Below are positions 54,103-64,000 of a stretch of DNA of 64,000 nucleotides, in pieces. The stretch is from Desulfobacterales bacterium. GTDB lineage: Bacteria > Desulfobacterota > Desulfobacteria > Desulfobacterales > UBA5616. The translations under genes and the position numbers were made by a program. Location of the stretch: NCBI GenBank assembly GCA_046483495.1, contig JAWODC010000043.1, positions 1 to 64,000 on the forward strand, written 5' to 3'. How positions within the stretch are numbered: the first letter of the stretch is position 1; each line of letters starts with the position of its first letter. The notes beneath the pieces are model-generated. The model did no database searches. It worked only from the letters and a program-made list of their open reading frames with translations, and was not told where the DNA came from.

Positions 54103-55221
54103 TTACTCCCCCGAATAGACAGTTACAAAATCCTTGCCGTTTCTGTCCCTGCCCCCGGCAAGATGCCCCAAAACATGATCTTTGTGCGTTTCACAAAGAC
54201 GTTGAAACGGCTCATGGGGCAAACTGAAATGCCGCGCTATATCCAGTAACAACCTATTTATGTCTCCGAGATTGAGGCCGGCGCCATAAAGATTGATGTC
54301 GAACGATGAACGTTGACTCCCCTCCTCCGTAACTTCGAGAAACTGGAAACGCTTTCCACCAGGTGCCCGGGATGCTGTTTCAAGTATTTTCCTGACGGAC
54401 TCGAACGGGCCTGCTTCCTTTTCATTATCGAAATAATTCGAGAGCCGTTTTATCGCTTCGCCGGATGCTGTTCCTGGATGGCAGGTATACCGTGTCAGCA
54501 CTTTTTTTGCATGGTCCGCTGCATCCCATTTAAAACCCAAATGGGACACGTATGGATCGGCCCTGCCGCCGCGGCTGTGAAATGCCCTGAAAAAACGCTG
54601 TTCGAATTCCAGATAGGCTTTCACCGCAAACACCCCCTCGCCTTCACCGAAACCAAATCCCACAATGTGGGATGCCGGCAATTTTTCCTGGTAAGCTGTA
54701 AGGAAATCTTCCGGCATGCCGATTTGACGGCATAATGTCACCAGCTCCAGATCCGGATTTTCCCGGATGGTCCTCTTGTCGAATCCAAGCAAAAATCGTT
54801 TGTCAAGCAGCTTATCCTCCGTCATTTTGAATGAATGTTCAAACGCGGCTTGTATATTTTTCTCTTTCAAAAATCCAAACACCATGTCAACCGTCCGACG
54901 TCCGTTGTCGGATTCAAAAGGCGGCGGATCCATCGGCGGCGTAGGCTCGATGGTGGTATAAACCCTCGCCGCATCAAAATCGCGAATGCTCCGGTTAAGC
55001 TGTGCAGCGAGCAGTTTGGCACGATAAGGATTCAGCACAACCCGCTCGATTAAATCGGCGCGACGTTCATTAGGTTGGGAACGGCTTTCGGAAATACGCC
55101 CAAAGAAAAGCATCACCTCGCTGCGGGATGCCTTTACCTGTGCAATATCAGGATATACCGAACGGACATCGGCATCGTCCCAGACAACCTTCACATGTTC
55201 GTTTTTTGCATTTCCTTCCAT
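54103..55221 (-). CDS. DUF3467-like N-terminal domain fused to a probable ABBA (PT-barrel) prenyltransferase-like domain
   Basis: VVWDDADVRSVY..SEVMLFFG..RVVLNPYRAK (DUF3467-like). The C-terminal ~270 aa show five beta-hairpins separated by helices, with a KAY motif; the fold call is inference. Confidence 0.6.
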   Translation of the reverse strand: MEGNAKNEHVKVVWDDADVRSVYPDIAQVKASRSEVMLFFGRISESRSQPNERRADLIERVVLNPYRAKLLAAQLNRSIRDFDAARVYTTIEPTPPMDPPPFESDNGRRTVDMVFGFLKEKNIQAAFEHSFKMTEDKLLDKRFLLGFDKRTIRENPDLELVTLCRQIGMPEDFLTAYQEKLPASHIVGFGFGEGEGVFAVKAYLEFEQRFFRAFHSRGGRADPYVSHLGFKWDAADHAKKVLTRYTCHPGTASGEAIKRLSNYFDNEKEAGPFESVRKILETASRAPGGKRFQFLEVTEEGSQRSSFDINLYGAGLNLGDINRLLLDIARHFSLPHEPFQRLCETHKDHVLGHLAGGRDRNGKDFVTVYSGE

Positions 55222-55288
55222 ATCGGCATTTTCTCCCAGTGGTCTAATGGATCGATCTCGATGTCAAAAAAGAATCGGCAAGTGAAAG

Positions 55289-55323
55289 AAAGGCGGCCGG
55301 CTTATAAAAGCCGCACCGCCTTT
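55289..55323 (-). terminator. Intrinsic terminator after the giant RTX gene
   Basis: Hairpin AAAGGCGG-C-CGGCTT/AAGCCG-CA-CCGCCTTT followed by CTTT on the minus strand. Confidence 0.65.
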
Positions 55324-55345
55324 AACGACTTACAGCGGATCATGG

Positions 55346-58300
55346 TTAGACCGTCTCGGCCTCTTCTCCCGGAATCACGATCAGCATGTCCTCCAAAGGT
55401 TCGAAGGGACTGCGCTCGGCCCTGCCGCTCTTGATCAGGAAGTCCCGGAGCCAGGAGCCGTCCCCGTCCCCGGCTTCATGCGCTTGTGCATCATCCATAA
55501 GATCGTCCATTGTCATAACGACCAGGCCGCTGTCGGGCGTGTGCCGATCGCCGGCATCCAGAGTTGCACTCATCAGGTTATCGGGGCCATCGGCCCGATC
55601 ATCGTATCCCAGCACATGCCCCATCTCGTGCATCACCACGGTCAAGAGGTCCATGCGGCCCTCGTCCTCACCGCCCGGCACGGTGAACTCGACATCGTCT
55701 GCCGGCGTTTCGTCCACGTACCAGCCCCACCCGGCCGCATCGGCATCGATCAGGATAGTGTTGCCGCCGGCGAGGCCCAGCGTGAGCCCGCTCAAATCCG
55801 CGACGGAAACATCCAGATCCTGCAGCACCGCCAGTGAAGCCGCATCCCCGGCCAACGTCCGGGTCCACCGCAGAACGGCCTCGTCCACAATGGGCGCGAG
55901 CATATCGCCGGTCAGGGCTTCCACCGGCATGGTCTCGGCCGGCGCTTCGGCAGCGGTGAGCGGGGAACCGTCGTCATCGAGAATCGTCATTTCGAATTTC
56001 CCGTCACCCGCAATCACCGCATTCGCAGCCCCGGACAGTTCGATGAAAAAGTTTTCGGTTCCTTCAGCAGCCGTGTCGCCAATGATCCTTACGACAAAAG
56101 TCTTGGTCGTCTCTCCGGGATTGAAGGTGAGTGTGGATTCAAAGTACGTGAAATCATCGCCCCACAGGGCCGTTCCATTCAGTGTTTTAACGGTAACGGT
56201 AACCGGGTCCGCCGAAGCTTCCGAGAGCCTGGCCGTAAACGTGGTCCGGTTGTTGAACTTGTCGCCCTCCGGAATTTCCATGAGGTCGACGGAAAGACTC
56301 GGCAGCGGGGTGTCGTTGTCTGATATCTGCACCGTGGCGCTTTCGGTGCCGATCGTATAAGCGGCATTCGAAATAACCGTCAACACCACATCTTCCGTAC
56401 CCTCCGCAATGTCGTCATCGATCGGCGTGATAGTCAAGGTGGCGGAAGCGACGCCGTCGGCAAGGGTCAGGATGTCGATCCCGTCCCAGTACCCGCCGGA
56501 GGCGATGACGGTATAGTCCTCATTCACTACAGCCAAGCCACCGAGATTCAGAACGACCGCCAGCGGTCCGTCGGTGAAATCTCTGCTTATGGTGAAGACG
56601 CCTGCATCCAGGTCCGTTTCCGAAGCACTTGCATCCGTTGCGGTGACGGTAACCGTTGGAATCTGGTCGTCATTTACGATCGTGACCACTCCTTCACCGT
56701 CGCCGATGGTGGCATTGGACGGCTCCGACAGCGAGATACGGAAGTCTTCATTGGATTCCTGTTCCTCGTCACCGATAACGGTAAAATCTATCCAGACTGA
56801 TGTGTCGCCCGGGGCAAAGGTAACGGTGTTTGTTGCGGCCAGATAATCCGATCCGGCAAAAGCAGTCAAATCGGCAGTTGCATATTTCACGGTTACGGTA
56901 TTGGAGGAAGCCTTGGAAAGCGTGAACTCCACAGGTACCGTCGTGGTATCGCTGTCGCCTTCCGTAACCACCGCATCGGACACCGACACCACTGGCGGCG
57001 CATCGTCATCGTGAATCGTCACCAGGGCGGTGTCTTTGCCGAGTTCCAATCCGCTGCCGGGGTTGATTAGACTTACCGTAAGCGTCTCCTCGCCTTCCTC
57101 GGTCGTATCGTTCACGATCGCCAGGGCAATCTGCTTGCTGGTCTCTCCCGGCTGGAAGGTAATGGTTCCGATGTTTGTGACATAATCGGTGCCGGCTTTC
57201 GCCGTGCCATCAATGGTTAAATAGTCGACGCTCAATATCTCGTCGGAACTTTTTGACAGTTCGACAGTAATGTACGCAATACCGTCCCCCTCGACCACGG
57301 CCGTATCGGCGATCGAAACGTTCGGCAATATCAACGTTTGGTAGGCCGGATCATCGCCCCTGATCAGGAAGTTGTCGAAGGTACTCATGCCGTCTTTGCT
57401 CAGCAGGCCGTATTCGCCGTCATTTAAAAGGCTGTTGTAGACGAAACCGGCCACGGCCTCCCCGTTCACCGTCACACTGACACTGGAACCGAACATGCCG
57501 ACACCCAGGGTGTAGCTCTGGTCGGCGGTAATGGTGTATTCCAAGACAGCGACAGCATCGAAGGACCACCCTTGAGCGGTGCGATGGCCGATGATGATCT
57601 CGGGTGAATCCGCCTTGATGGCGACAAATTTGAAGTCTTCATTCGAGTAGTAGTCGAATACCAGGCCGCCCAGCGTCGAGGTCTGAATGGCAGCTTCCAT
57701 GTTGAGCCGCGAATAGGCGCACACTTCCAGGTACTGGGTGGCGATGGCCGTGTCTCCATCTGTCAATGGAGAGCCTGTGTATCGTCCATCCGACAATTCC
57801 CAAGTGCCGAGGGCGGTATCGAACGGTTTTTCGGCAACGCCATATTCAAAGGTGATGGTCGGCGGCAGCTTCTGTACCTGGAAGTTGTCGAACGTCGCCT
57901 TGGCATTGCTGGTTCCCAGCCCGATCAGCCCGTCGTTCAGGGCGTTGCCGAAATCGAAAGTTGCGGAAACACTCTGATCCACCCAGACCGTGGCCACGGT
58001 CCCGTACATCACCAGGGTCAGATCGTAGAATGTTTTTTCCTGGAGCCGCATGTTGACCTGCGTGTCCACCACCCATCCTTCCAGCTCGGTCCGGTGACCG
58101 ATTTGGATCTTGTCCAACCCCGTGTCGATGCCTGCGAACTTGAAGTTCATTGGATCCTGGTAATCGAAGATGATGTAGGCATTGGCTTTCAATCCGCCGG
58201 TGCCCTTGTTGACGCTCATGCCGGCAAGAATTTCCATATAAGGCGGCTGAATATCATCCAGGTGGTAAATGCTGATTGCATCCTCACCCAGCACTTCCGG

Positions 58301-61300
58301 GGCAGCCTGATAGGTGCCGTTTACCAGCAGCCATGTGCCGATTTCCGGAGAGAAGGCGAACATCGGATCCCCCTCGGTAAAGAGCTCCCGCCGCATGATC
58401 TCCCGCTGCCCCTGGAGATTGCCCGGCTGGGGATCGTTGGGCGCACCGGTCTGGGCCTGCCAGTCATAGTCGCTCTGCCGCACCATGCCCAGCTCGCCGT
58501 ATGGTTCGCCCTGGCGGAACGCGAATTCCGGCGAGCTCGGATCATCCACACGGACATCGTAGCTCTTCTGTTCCGCATACAGCGTTCCATGCGGGATCGT
58601 GGTGTCGGTCCCGTCGCTGTCTGCCAGGGCTATGATGTATTCGGGGATCTGAGGCGCCAGGGCCCGGCTGATGTGGAATGCACCGAACGGGCTGAACGGC
58701 GCGATGTAGCTGTTGTACTCGCCCACCCAGTCGATGGCCCGGTCCGCACCGGTATTGATAATCATGATATCTCGTCCGGCCCCACCGTATGCAATATCCG
58801 CATAGGCCTGGTACTCATCGGCAATGGTGTTGTCCAGCGGATCCGGATTCGGGTTTTTGTTGGTCGCTTCGCCTCCTGAATCATGGTCATCATCCATGTT
58901 CAGGAGATCATCGCCCCGGCCGCCGTACATGTGATCCCGTCCCGTGCCGCCCACGATCCAGTCGTTTCCGGCGTCCCCGAACATGCGGTCGTCGCCGTCG
59001 GTCGCTTTGGCGCCGCCAGTAAATGCGAAGCCCAGCGGACCTTCCGTTTCATCGAAGTTAAGGAGGAAGTCGAACACGCCCTCAGACTCCGTTGTAACCG
59101 CATTGCCCTCTATATCAAGGAACAGTTTGCGCCTCGGGAAATACTCGTCGTAAAGTGCGAATTCCTGGCGGGTCTTGCCATGCGGGTCGTCGCCTATGTC
59201 TACGGTCTCGCCCTCGTAGCGCAGGATGTCACCAGGGTTGTAGGGTGCAAAGGCGAACCAGAAGGGGTTTTCCGCATTGGCCATGCCGACATTGGCGGGT
59301 TCCTGCTGCTGAATTTTCAGGAGGTCGTTGGCGGTGTATTCCTGAGACCCCTCCATGATCATCCCATTGGTGTAGAAGAACGGCAGCGCCTCACCGCCCA
59401 GCATGGCATCGTCGCCGGAACCGGCATGCATCCAGTCGTCGCCGAGACCGCCGTACAGGATATCGTTGCATCCGGCAGTAATGCCGTCCAAATCGAACGC
59501 GATCAGGTCGACGGCCTTCTTGATCTCTCCATCGATGTTGATGGTCGCCTGCTGGATCTTGCCCGGGGTGCTGATTACCGCGTTCAGCGAATTGGTGTCC
59601 ACCTCCTCGTTGGACTTCAGAACTCCCTGGTATGGGGAATTCGCAGCGATTCCGTAAAGGTGTTCACCCATCAGGCTGTTGCGGCTGGTAAGCAGCAGGC
59701 CGTCGTCTCCCAGAATGCCGTCGATGCCGGTGCCGCCGGAGATCCAGTCGGCGCCGATCTCACCGTACAGGTCGTCATCCTCGCTGTTTCCAAACAGAAC
59801 ATCGTCTCCGCTCATGCCGTGAATGATGTCGTCCCCCGACTCGCCGTACATCAGGTCCCCGTATCCGATGCCCGACCACTGGGCTTTGATGTCGTAAGGA
59901 TCGGAATCATCGAAGCTGTAAGTGTAATCCAGTAGCTCCACGGCCCGCGGTTTGATGCGCAGATCGCCGCGGTCTTCGGTCACCACCGCGGTTTCACTGA
60001 TGCCGGTGTCATAGGACTTGTCATAATTGAACTGGAGATAGCCGTAGATGGGATCCGTTATGCCGTTCTCGGTATAATCCTTGACCCCAACCAGGCGGTA
60101 AATATTGGCGTTGTCCCCCATCATGACATCGGCATCCAGCGCATGGCGGTTCGCCACGGGTATGAGCGTGTCGTCGCCGGCGGGTTCGGTCAGGCCGGTG
60201 CCGACAAAATCGTTCCGGGCCAGGCGTGCGGGATCGCCGGCGCTGCCGTACATCAGGTCGGCGCCGTCGGGACGGGCGAAGTCACCGGCAGCTATTTCAT
60301 AGAAGGCGGCGGTATCGTCATCCAGGCCGAACAGGACCGAGCTGCCGCCGATCATGTCATCCTGGCCCAGGTTGCCGTACATGCGGTCATTGCCGCCGTT
60401 GCCCTCCATGTAGTCGTCGCCGTCGGCACTCCGCTCATCGACTTTGAAGAGCAGCATCACGCTTTCGTCGACCGTGTCGTTCACAGGGTCGTCATCCACC
60501 AGGAAGTAACCGGACCCGTCCGGAATCGTAAACGACGGGTTGGCCGTTGGAGACGGGTGGAAGCTTACTGCATCTTCTGCATTGCCTGTAGCCTGCAGAT
60601 CGATCGACCCATCGCCCTGCATGACGTCGTCGCCGAGCTCGCCGAACAGCATGTCATCCTGGCTGCCGCCGGCCATTACATCGTTTCCGAACCAGCGCGG
60701 CAACGCTGGGTTTTCAGCAGCGGCTTGCTCGATGGCGGCGCTGTGGTTGAGCAGGGTTGCCGTGTAGCCGACGGTGCTGTCCGGCTTGGCTTGAGATGTG
60801 CCGTCCACATTGGGTTCGAACCCGATATTGACGCTGATCAGACCATCCAGGGATTGATTGATCATACTGTAAACTGTATCACCCGCCAGCGTTTGGAACC
60901 GCGGGCCGACAGAGTCGACCTGACGGATCACGATGGCGTTGTCGCCGGCCAGAATGTCCTCTTCGCTGCCGCCGTCCATCACGTCATTGATGTCGTTGAT
61001 GTCGCTCGGGTTTTTATTCGCCAGCACTCCGGAGGTGATGGCAGCGATCTGCGCCGCATCCATGTCGTCCATCTCGTCGTGGCCGTTCAGCACGTTGTGG
61101 CCGCCGATAAGAATGTCGTACCCGGTGCCGCCGAAGATCACGTCATCGCCCTGCTGGCCGAGAATGGTGTCGTCATCGCCGTTGCCGAAGATGACGTCAT
61201 CATTGCCAAGGTCGGTCTCCTGGGTGTCGATGGCGAAGAAGTTGTTGTTGTAATATTTTCCGGGATTTGCGTTCGGCAGACTGGGATAAACCTTGCCATG

Positions 61301-64000
61301 GTCGCCGAAGATCAGGTCCTTGCCGTCATCGCCGTCCGGCCCGGTGCCGTTGGCGCTGTCGCTCGTGTCGCCCCAAATCCGATCTTTGCCCGTTCCGCCG
61401 AAGATCACGTCGTCTCCCGCATTGCCGCGGATCACGTCATCCCCGCCATGAGTCGGGTCGGTGGTTGAAACAAGATCGAGCGTGGAGGGATTATCAACCG
61501 AACCGTCCAGGGTAACCGTTTCGATATCCGGACGCCCCTCGACATAATCGCTTGCCAGCACATAATCCAACCGGCCGTTATCTCCAAGGACGTAGTCGCT
61601 GTCACCACCGGCGGTGATGGTGTCACCGTCAAATCCGCCGAGAATGATATCGTTGTCGTCACCGGTCGAAATGGTGTCAGCACCGCCATCGTCCGGCTGG
61701 ATGGTCGTGACCAGGTCTATGGTGATGGGTTGCCCGGCAAATTGGGGCGCATCCACCACGGCCGCAACCATCTGCCCGCTGTCGCCGAACACGATGTTGT
61801 GCCCGTTCCGGCCCTGAATCGTGTCCCCGAACCGTCCGCCGATGATGATGTCGTCGCCGTCGCCGGTGTCGATCGTGTCCGCACCGCCTGCTGATTCTGT
61901 CGAGAGGCTCTCGATCAGGTCGATATCCGCCGCATTCGTGTCCGCCCCGGCTGCACTCTCGCGATCCGCACGGGTGTAGTCGATCTTTCCGTCGTCCCCG
62001 ATAACAATGTTGTTGCCCTCACCTACATCGATAACGTCGCCATCATCTCCACCCAGAACAATGTCCCTGCCGTCCAGGGTCGTAACCGTATCGACTCCGC
62101 CGTCTCCAAACTCGATTGTCTCGATCAGGCCGAAGGTCATCGGAATACCGGCAAGCTGCGGGCCATCGGTGGAAGCCGCAGTGATTCTGCCGGAATCACC
62201 GATCACCAGGTTGTTGCCGGCTCCTGCGTCGATCTCATCTCCTTCTCTTCCGCCAATGACCAGGTCGGAACCGGACCCGCTGGTAATGACGTCCACACCG
62301 CCAAACGCAGTGGTCGAACTGCTCTCGATCAGGTCAATGTCCGCGGGGTTGGTGTCCGCCCCGGCAATTGCGAGTTCCCGATCGGCTCTCGTGTAGTCGA
62401 TCCGTCCGCTGTCGCCCAGCATGATGTTGTTGCCGTCACCGGCGGTGATGACCTCGACCCTTTCGTCTACATCTTCTGTTGATTCACTGTCGTCGATGTC
62501 GTTGGTGCCGCCCACAAGAATGTCATTGCCGCTTCCGGACGTAATGTAGTCGGTCCCGCCGATGCCGTCGGCCGTGGTCAGGATTTCCCCGATGGTCAGG
62601 GGCAGACCGTCCAACTGCGGACCGGTACTCGAGGCCGCAGTGATCTGTCCGCTGTCACCGAGCACCAGGTTGTTGCCGTGGTTCACCGTAATCGTATCAC
62701 TGCCCGCACCGCCGATGACCAGGTCGGAGCCGTCACCCGTGGTGATTTCGTCATTGCCGCCAATGCTCTCATCGATGCTCAGAACCAGATCCAGATCGGA
62801 AGGATCGAGGTCGGCACCGGCTTCCATCGGGTCACGATCCGCTCGCGTGTAGTCCAACGATCCATTGTCACCCAAAACAATATTCCCTGCGTCAATGGAT
62901 GTCTCGGACTCTCCGTCGTTTGCGATGATGGTGTCGCCGCCCTGGCCTCCCAGGACGATGTCATACCCGATACCCGTGGTGATGTCGTCATCACCGCCGT
63001 CGTCCGACGTCATGGTCTCGATCAGGCCGAAGGTCATCGGAATACCGGAAAGCTGCTGGCCATCGGTAAGAGCCGCCGTGATTCTGCCGGAATCGCCGAT
63101 CACCAGGTTATTGCCGGCCCCGGCATCAATCTCATCACCTTCTCTTCCGCCGATGACCAGGTCAGAACCGCTCCCGGTCGTTATCGTGTCGATTCCCCCT
63201 TCAGCTGTCGTCGAAAGGCTTTCGACAAGGTCGATGTCCGCCAGGTTGCCGTCCTGGTTGTACAGTATCCGGCCTTCATCGCCGAAAACGAGGTTGTTGC
63301 CTTCGCCGGCGTCGATTTCGTCTCCCTTGTTTCCGCCGAGGATCACATCGCTGCCTGTGCCGCCGTACAGGTGATCGATTTCGCCGTTGGCGTATCGCTC
63401 GCTCCTGATTTCGGTAACATCCCCCGTGGACAGGAGTTTGAGCGATGACTGGTCGACCACGCCTAAGTCACCGAAAATAATGTCATCTCCGGCATCGCCA
63501 TGGATGGTGTCCGTACCCGCCGTCAGGTCGTCCCGGGTCAGGATCCTGCTCGCATCGAGGGTTACGACCGTGAGTTCACGCGCAACGCTGTGGACGCCTT
63601 CTCCGTCGACCGTTACATCGAAATCCAGGTTGAACCCGGAATCGCCGTAAATGTGATCGCTGCCGCTCTCGCCGTGGATTTCGTCGTCACCCGATCCGCC
63701 GGCAATGTGGTCGCCGGCCTGGCTGCCGTAAATGAGATCGTCCCCGCGCCCACCGTAAATGGTGACCGCACCGTTCGAGGCCGACGCATCGATCACGTCA
63801 TTGCCGTGACTGTCGAAGTAAAGCGCATTGCCGGTGAAGATTCCCAGGTCTGGCCGTGAATCGTAACGGCTGCCGTCTTGAGAGGTGTCTCCGTAGATCA
63901 CCAGGGGTGAAGCAGGTCCGCCACCGCCGGTCACGGTGATTGCATCACCGCCCATAACCGTTTCACCGGTATCCGGATCTGTTACCTCCGTATTGCCGCC
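55346..64000 (-). CDS. Giant RTX-type Ca2+-binding secreted protein/adhesin, 3' part (>2880 aa; 5' end outside the window)
   Basis: Dozens of GGxGxD/GDxG repeats, two ConA/LamG-like segments (..FDNF), four Calx-beta-like domains, HEMGHVLG motif near the C-terminus. The frame stays open from 63955 to 64000 (GGNTEVTDPDTGETV-M). Confidence 0.9.
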   Translation of the reverse strand, partial: GGNTEVTDPDTGETVMGGDAITVTGGGGPASPLVIYGDTSQDGSRYDSRPDLGIFTGNALYFDSHGNDVIDASASNGAVTIYGGRGDDLIYGSQAGDHIAGGSGDDEIHGESGSDHIYGDSGFNLDFDVTVDGEGVHSVARELTVVTLDASRILTRDDLTAGTDTIHGDAGDDIIFGDLGVVDQSSLKLLSTGDVTEIRSERYANGEIDHLYGGTGSDVILGGNKGDEIDAGEGNNLVFGDEGRILYNQDGNLADIDLVESLSTTAEGGIDTITTGSGSDLVIGGREGDEIDAGAGNNLVIGDSGRITAALTDGQQLSGIPMTFGLIETMTSDDGGDDDITTGIGYDIVLGGQGGDTIIANDGESETSIDAGNIVLGDNGSLDYTRADRDPMEAGADLDPSDLDLVLSIDESIGGNDEITTGDGSDLVIGGAGSDTITVNHGNNLVLGDSGQITAASSTGPQLDGLPLTIGEILTTADGIGGTDYITSGSGNDILVGGTNDIDDSESTEDVDERVEVITAGDGNNIMLGDSGRIDYTRADRELAIAGADTNPADIDLIESSSTTAFGGVDVITSGSGSDLVIGGREGDEIDAGAGNNLVIGDSGRITAASTDGPQLAGIPMTFGLIETIEFGDGGVDTVTTLDGRDIVLGGDDGDVIDVGEGNNIVIGDDGKIDYTRADRESAAGADTNAADIDLIESLSTESAGGADTIDTGDGDDIIIGGRFGDTIQGRNGHNIVFGDSGQMVAAVVDAPQFAGQPITIDLVTTIQPDDGGADTISTGDDNDIILGGFDGDTITAGGDSDYVLGDNGRLDYVLASDYVEGRPDIETVTLDGSVDNPSTLDLVSTTDPTHGGDDVIRGNAGDDVIFGGTGKDRIWGDTSDSANGTGPDGDDGKDLIFGDHGKVYPSLPNANPGKYYNNNFFAIDTQETDLGNDDVIFGNGDDDTILGQQGDDVIFGGTGYDILIGGHNVLNGHDEMDDMDAAQIAAITSGVLANKNPSDINDINDVMDGGSEEDILAGDNAIVIRQVDSVGPRFQTLAGDTVYSMINQSLDGLISVNIGFEPNVDGTSQAKPDSTVGYTATLLNHSAAIEQAAAENPALPRWFGNDVMAGGSQDDMLFGELGDDVMQGDGSIDLQATGNAEDAVSFHPSPTANPSFTIPDGSGYFLVDDDPVNDTVDESVMLLFKVDERSADGDDYMEGNGGNDRMYGNLGQDDMIGGSSVLFGLDDDTAAFYEIAAGDFARPDGADLMYGSAGDPARLARNDFVGTGLTEPAGDDTLIPVANRHALDADVMMGDNANIYRLVGVKDYTENGITDPIYGYLQFNYDKSYDTGISETAVVTEDRGDLRIKPRAVELLDYTYSFDDSDPYDIKAQWSGIGYGDLMYGESGDDIIHGMSGDDVLFGNSEDDDLYGEIGADWISGGTGIDGILGDDGLLLTSRNSLMGEHLYGIAANSPYQGVLKSNEEVDTNSLNAVISTPGKIQQATINIDGEIKKAVDLIAFDLDGITAGCNDILYGGLGDDWMHAGSGDDAMLGGEALPFFYTNGMIMEGSQEYTANDLLKIQQQEPANVGMANAENPFWFAFAPYNPGDILRYEGETVDIGDDPHGKTRQEFALYDEYFPRRKLFLDIEGNAVTTESEGVFDFLLNFDETEGPLGFAFTGGAKATDGDDRMFGDAGNDWIVGGTGRDHMYGGRGDDLLNMDDDHDSGGEATNKNPNPDPLDNTIADEYQAYADIAYGGAGRDIMIINTGADRAIDWVGEYNSYIAPFSPFGAFHISRALAPQIPEYIIALADSDGTDTTIPHGTLYAEQKSYDVRVDDPSSPEFAFRQGEPYGELGMVRQSDYDWQAQTGAPNDPQPGNLQGQREIMRRELFTEGDPMFAFSPEIGTWLLVNGTYQAAPEVLGEDAISIYHLDDIQPPYMEILAGMSVNKGTGGLKANAYIIFDYQDPMNFKFAGIDTGLDKIQIGHRTELEGWVVDTQVNMRLQEKTFYDLTLVMYGTVATVWVDQSVSATFDFGNALNDGLIGLGTSNAKATFDNFQVQKLPPTITFEYGVAEKPFDTALGTWELSDGRYTGSPLTDGDTAIATQYLEVCAYSRLNMEAAIQTSTLGGLVFDYYSNEDFKFVAIKADSPEIIIGHRTAQGWSFDAVAVLEYTITADQSYTLGVGMFGSSVSVTVNGEAVAGFVYNSLLNDGEYGLLSKDGMSTFDNFLIRGDDPAYQTLILPNVSIADTAVVEGDGIAYITVELSKSSDEILSVDYLTIDGTAKAGTDYVTNIGTITFQPGETSKQIALAIVNDTTEEGEETLTVSLINPGSGLELGKDTALVTIHDDDAPPVVSVSDAVVTEGDSDTTTVPVEFTLSKASSNTVTVKYATADLTAFAGSDYLAATNTVTFAPGDTSVWIDFTVIGDEEQESNEDFRISLSEPSNATIGDGEGVVTIVNDDQIPTVTVTATDASASETDLDAGVFTISRDFTDGPLAVVLNLGGLAVVNEDYTVIASGGYWDGIDILTLADGVASATLTITPIDDDIAEGTEDVVLTVISNAAYTIGTESATVQISDNDTPLPSLSVDLMEIPEGDKFNNRTTFTARLSEASADPVTVTVKTLNGTALWGDDFTYFESTLTFNPGETTKTFVVRIIGDTAAEGTENFFIELSGAANAVIAGDGKFEMTILDDDGSPLTAAEAPAETMPVEALTGDMLAPIVDEAVLRWTRTLAGDAASLAVLQDLDVSVADLSGLTLGLAGGNTILIDADAAGWGWYVDETPADDVEFTVPGGEDEGRMDLLTVVMHEMGHVLGYDDRADGPDNLMSATLDAGDRHTPDSGLVVMTMDDLMDDAQAHEAGDGDGSWLRDFLIKSGRAERSPFEPLEDMLIVIPGEEAETV

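Noticed and set aside
55386..63859. Long plus-strand ORFs (e.g. 55386-56360, 58883-59935, 60143-61468)
   Set aside because: Antisense shadows of the GC-rich, codon-biased giant gene, with no recognisable motifs. The same applies to shadow ORFs over smc, mfd and the dikinase.

Overview
This is a bacterial chromosome segment. Gene content (ahbC-hemB-ahbD, rnfCDGEAB, mfd-surA-mgtE-recO-glyQS, smc-ftsY-hup) suggests an anaerobic Desulfobacterota/deltaproteobacterium (inference). The left edge (1-694) is the end of an integrative element: the 5' part of a tyrosine integrase missed by the ORF track, putative arm-type repeats and a displaced 3' half of tRNA-Arg(CCG). From 0.7 to 44 kb the genes are mostly core: a Ca/Na antiporter, a ClpX paralog coupled to the alternative heme operon, PPi-PFK, SMC, FtsY, HU, LigA, GlyQS, RecO, MgtE, SurA-like proteins, Mfd and the Rnf complex. 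This stretch also holds an unusual pair: a 1401-aa PPDK-like dikinase lacking the pyruvate-binding domain and an enlarged GAPDH. The 44-64 kb region looks accessory: USP, a MITE-like palindrome and a TIR-only derivative of it, Lrp divergent from a lone panB with ~31-bp phased sites, an RND pump, an Fe-S flavoprotein, DsrE, a DUF3467 fusion to a probable ABBA prenyltransferase barrel, and the 3' part of a giant RTX/Calx-beta protein running off the right edge. The best candidates for new biology are the truncated dikinase + atypical GAPDH pair and the giant RTX protein + DUF3467-prenyltransferase-like fusion. All calls come from motif recognition by eye; no searches were run.
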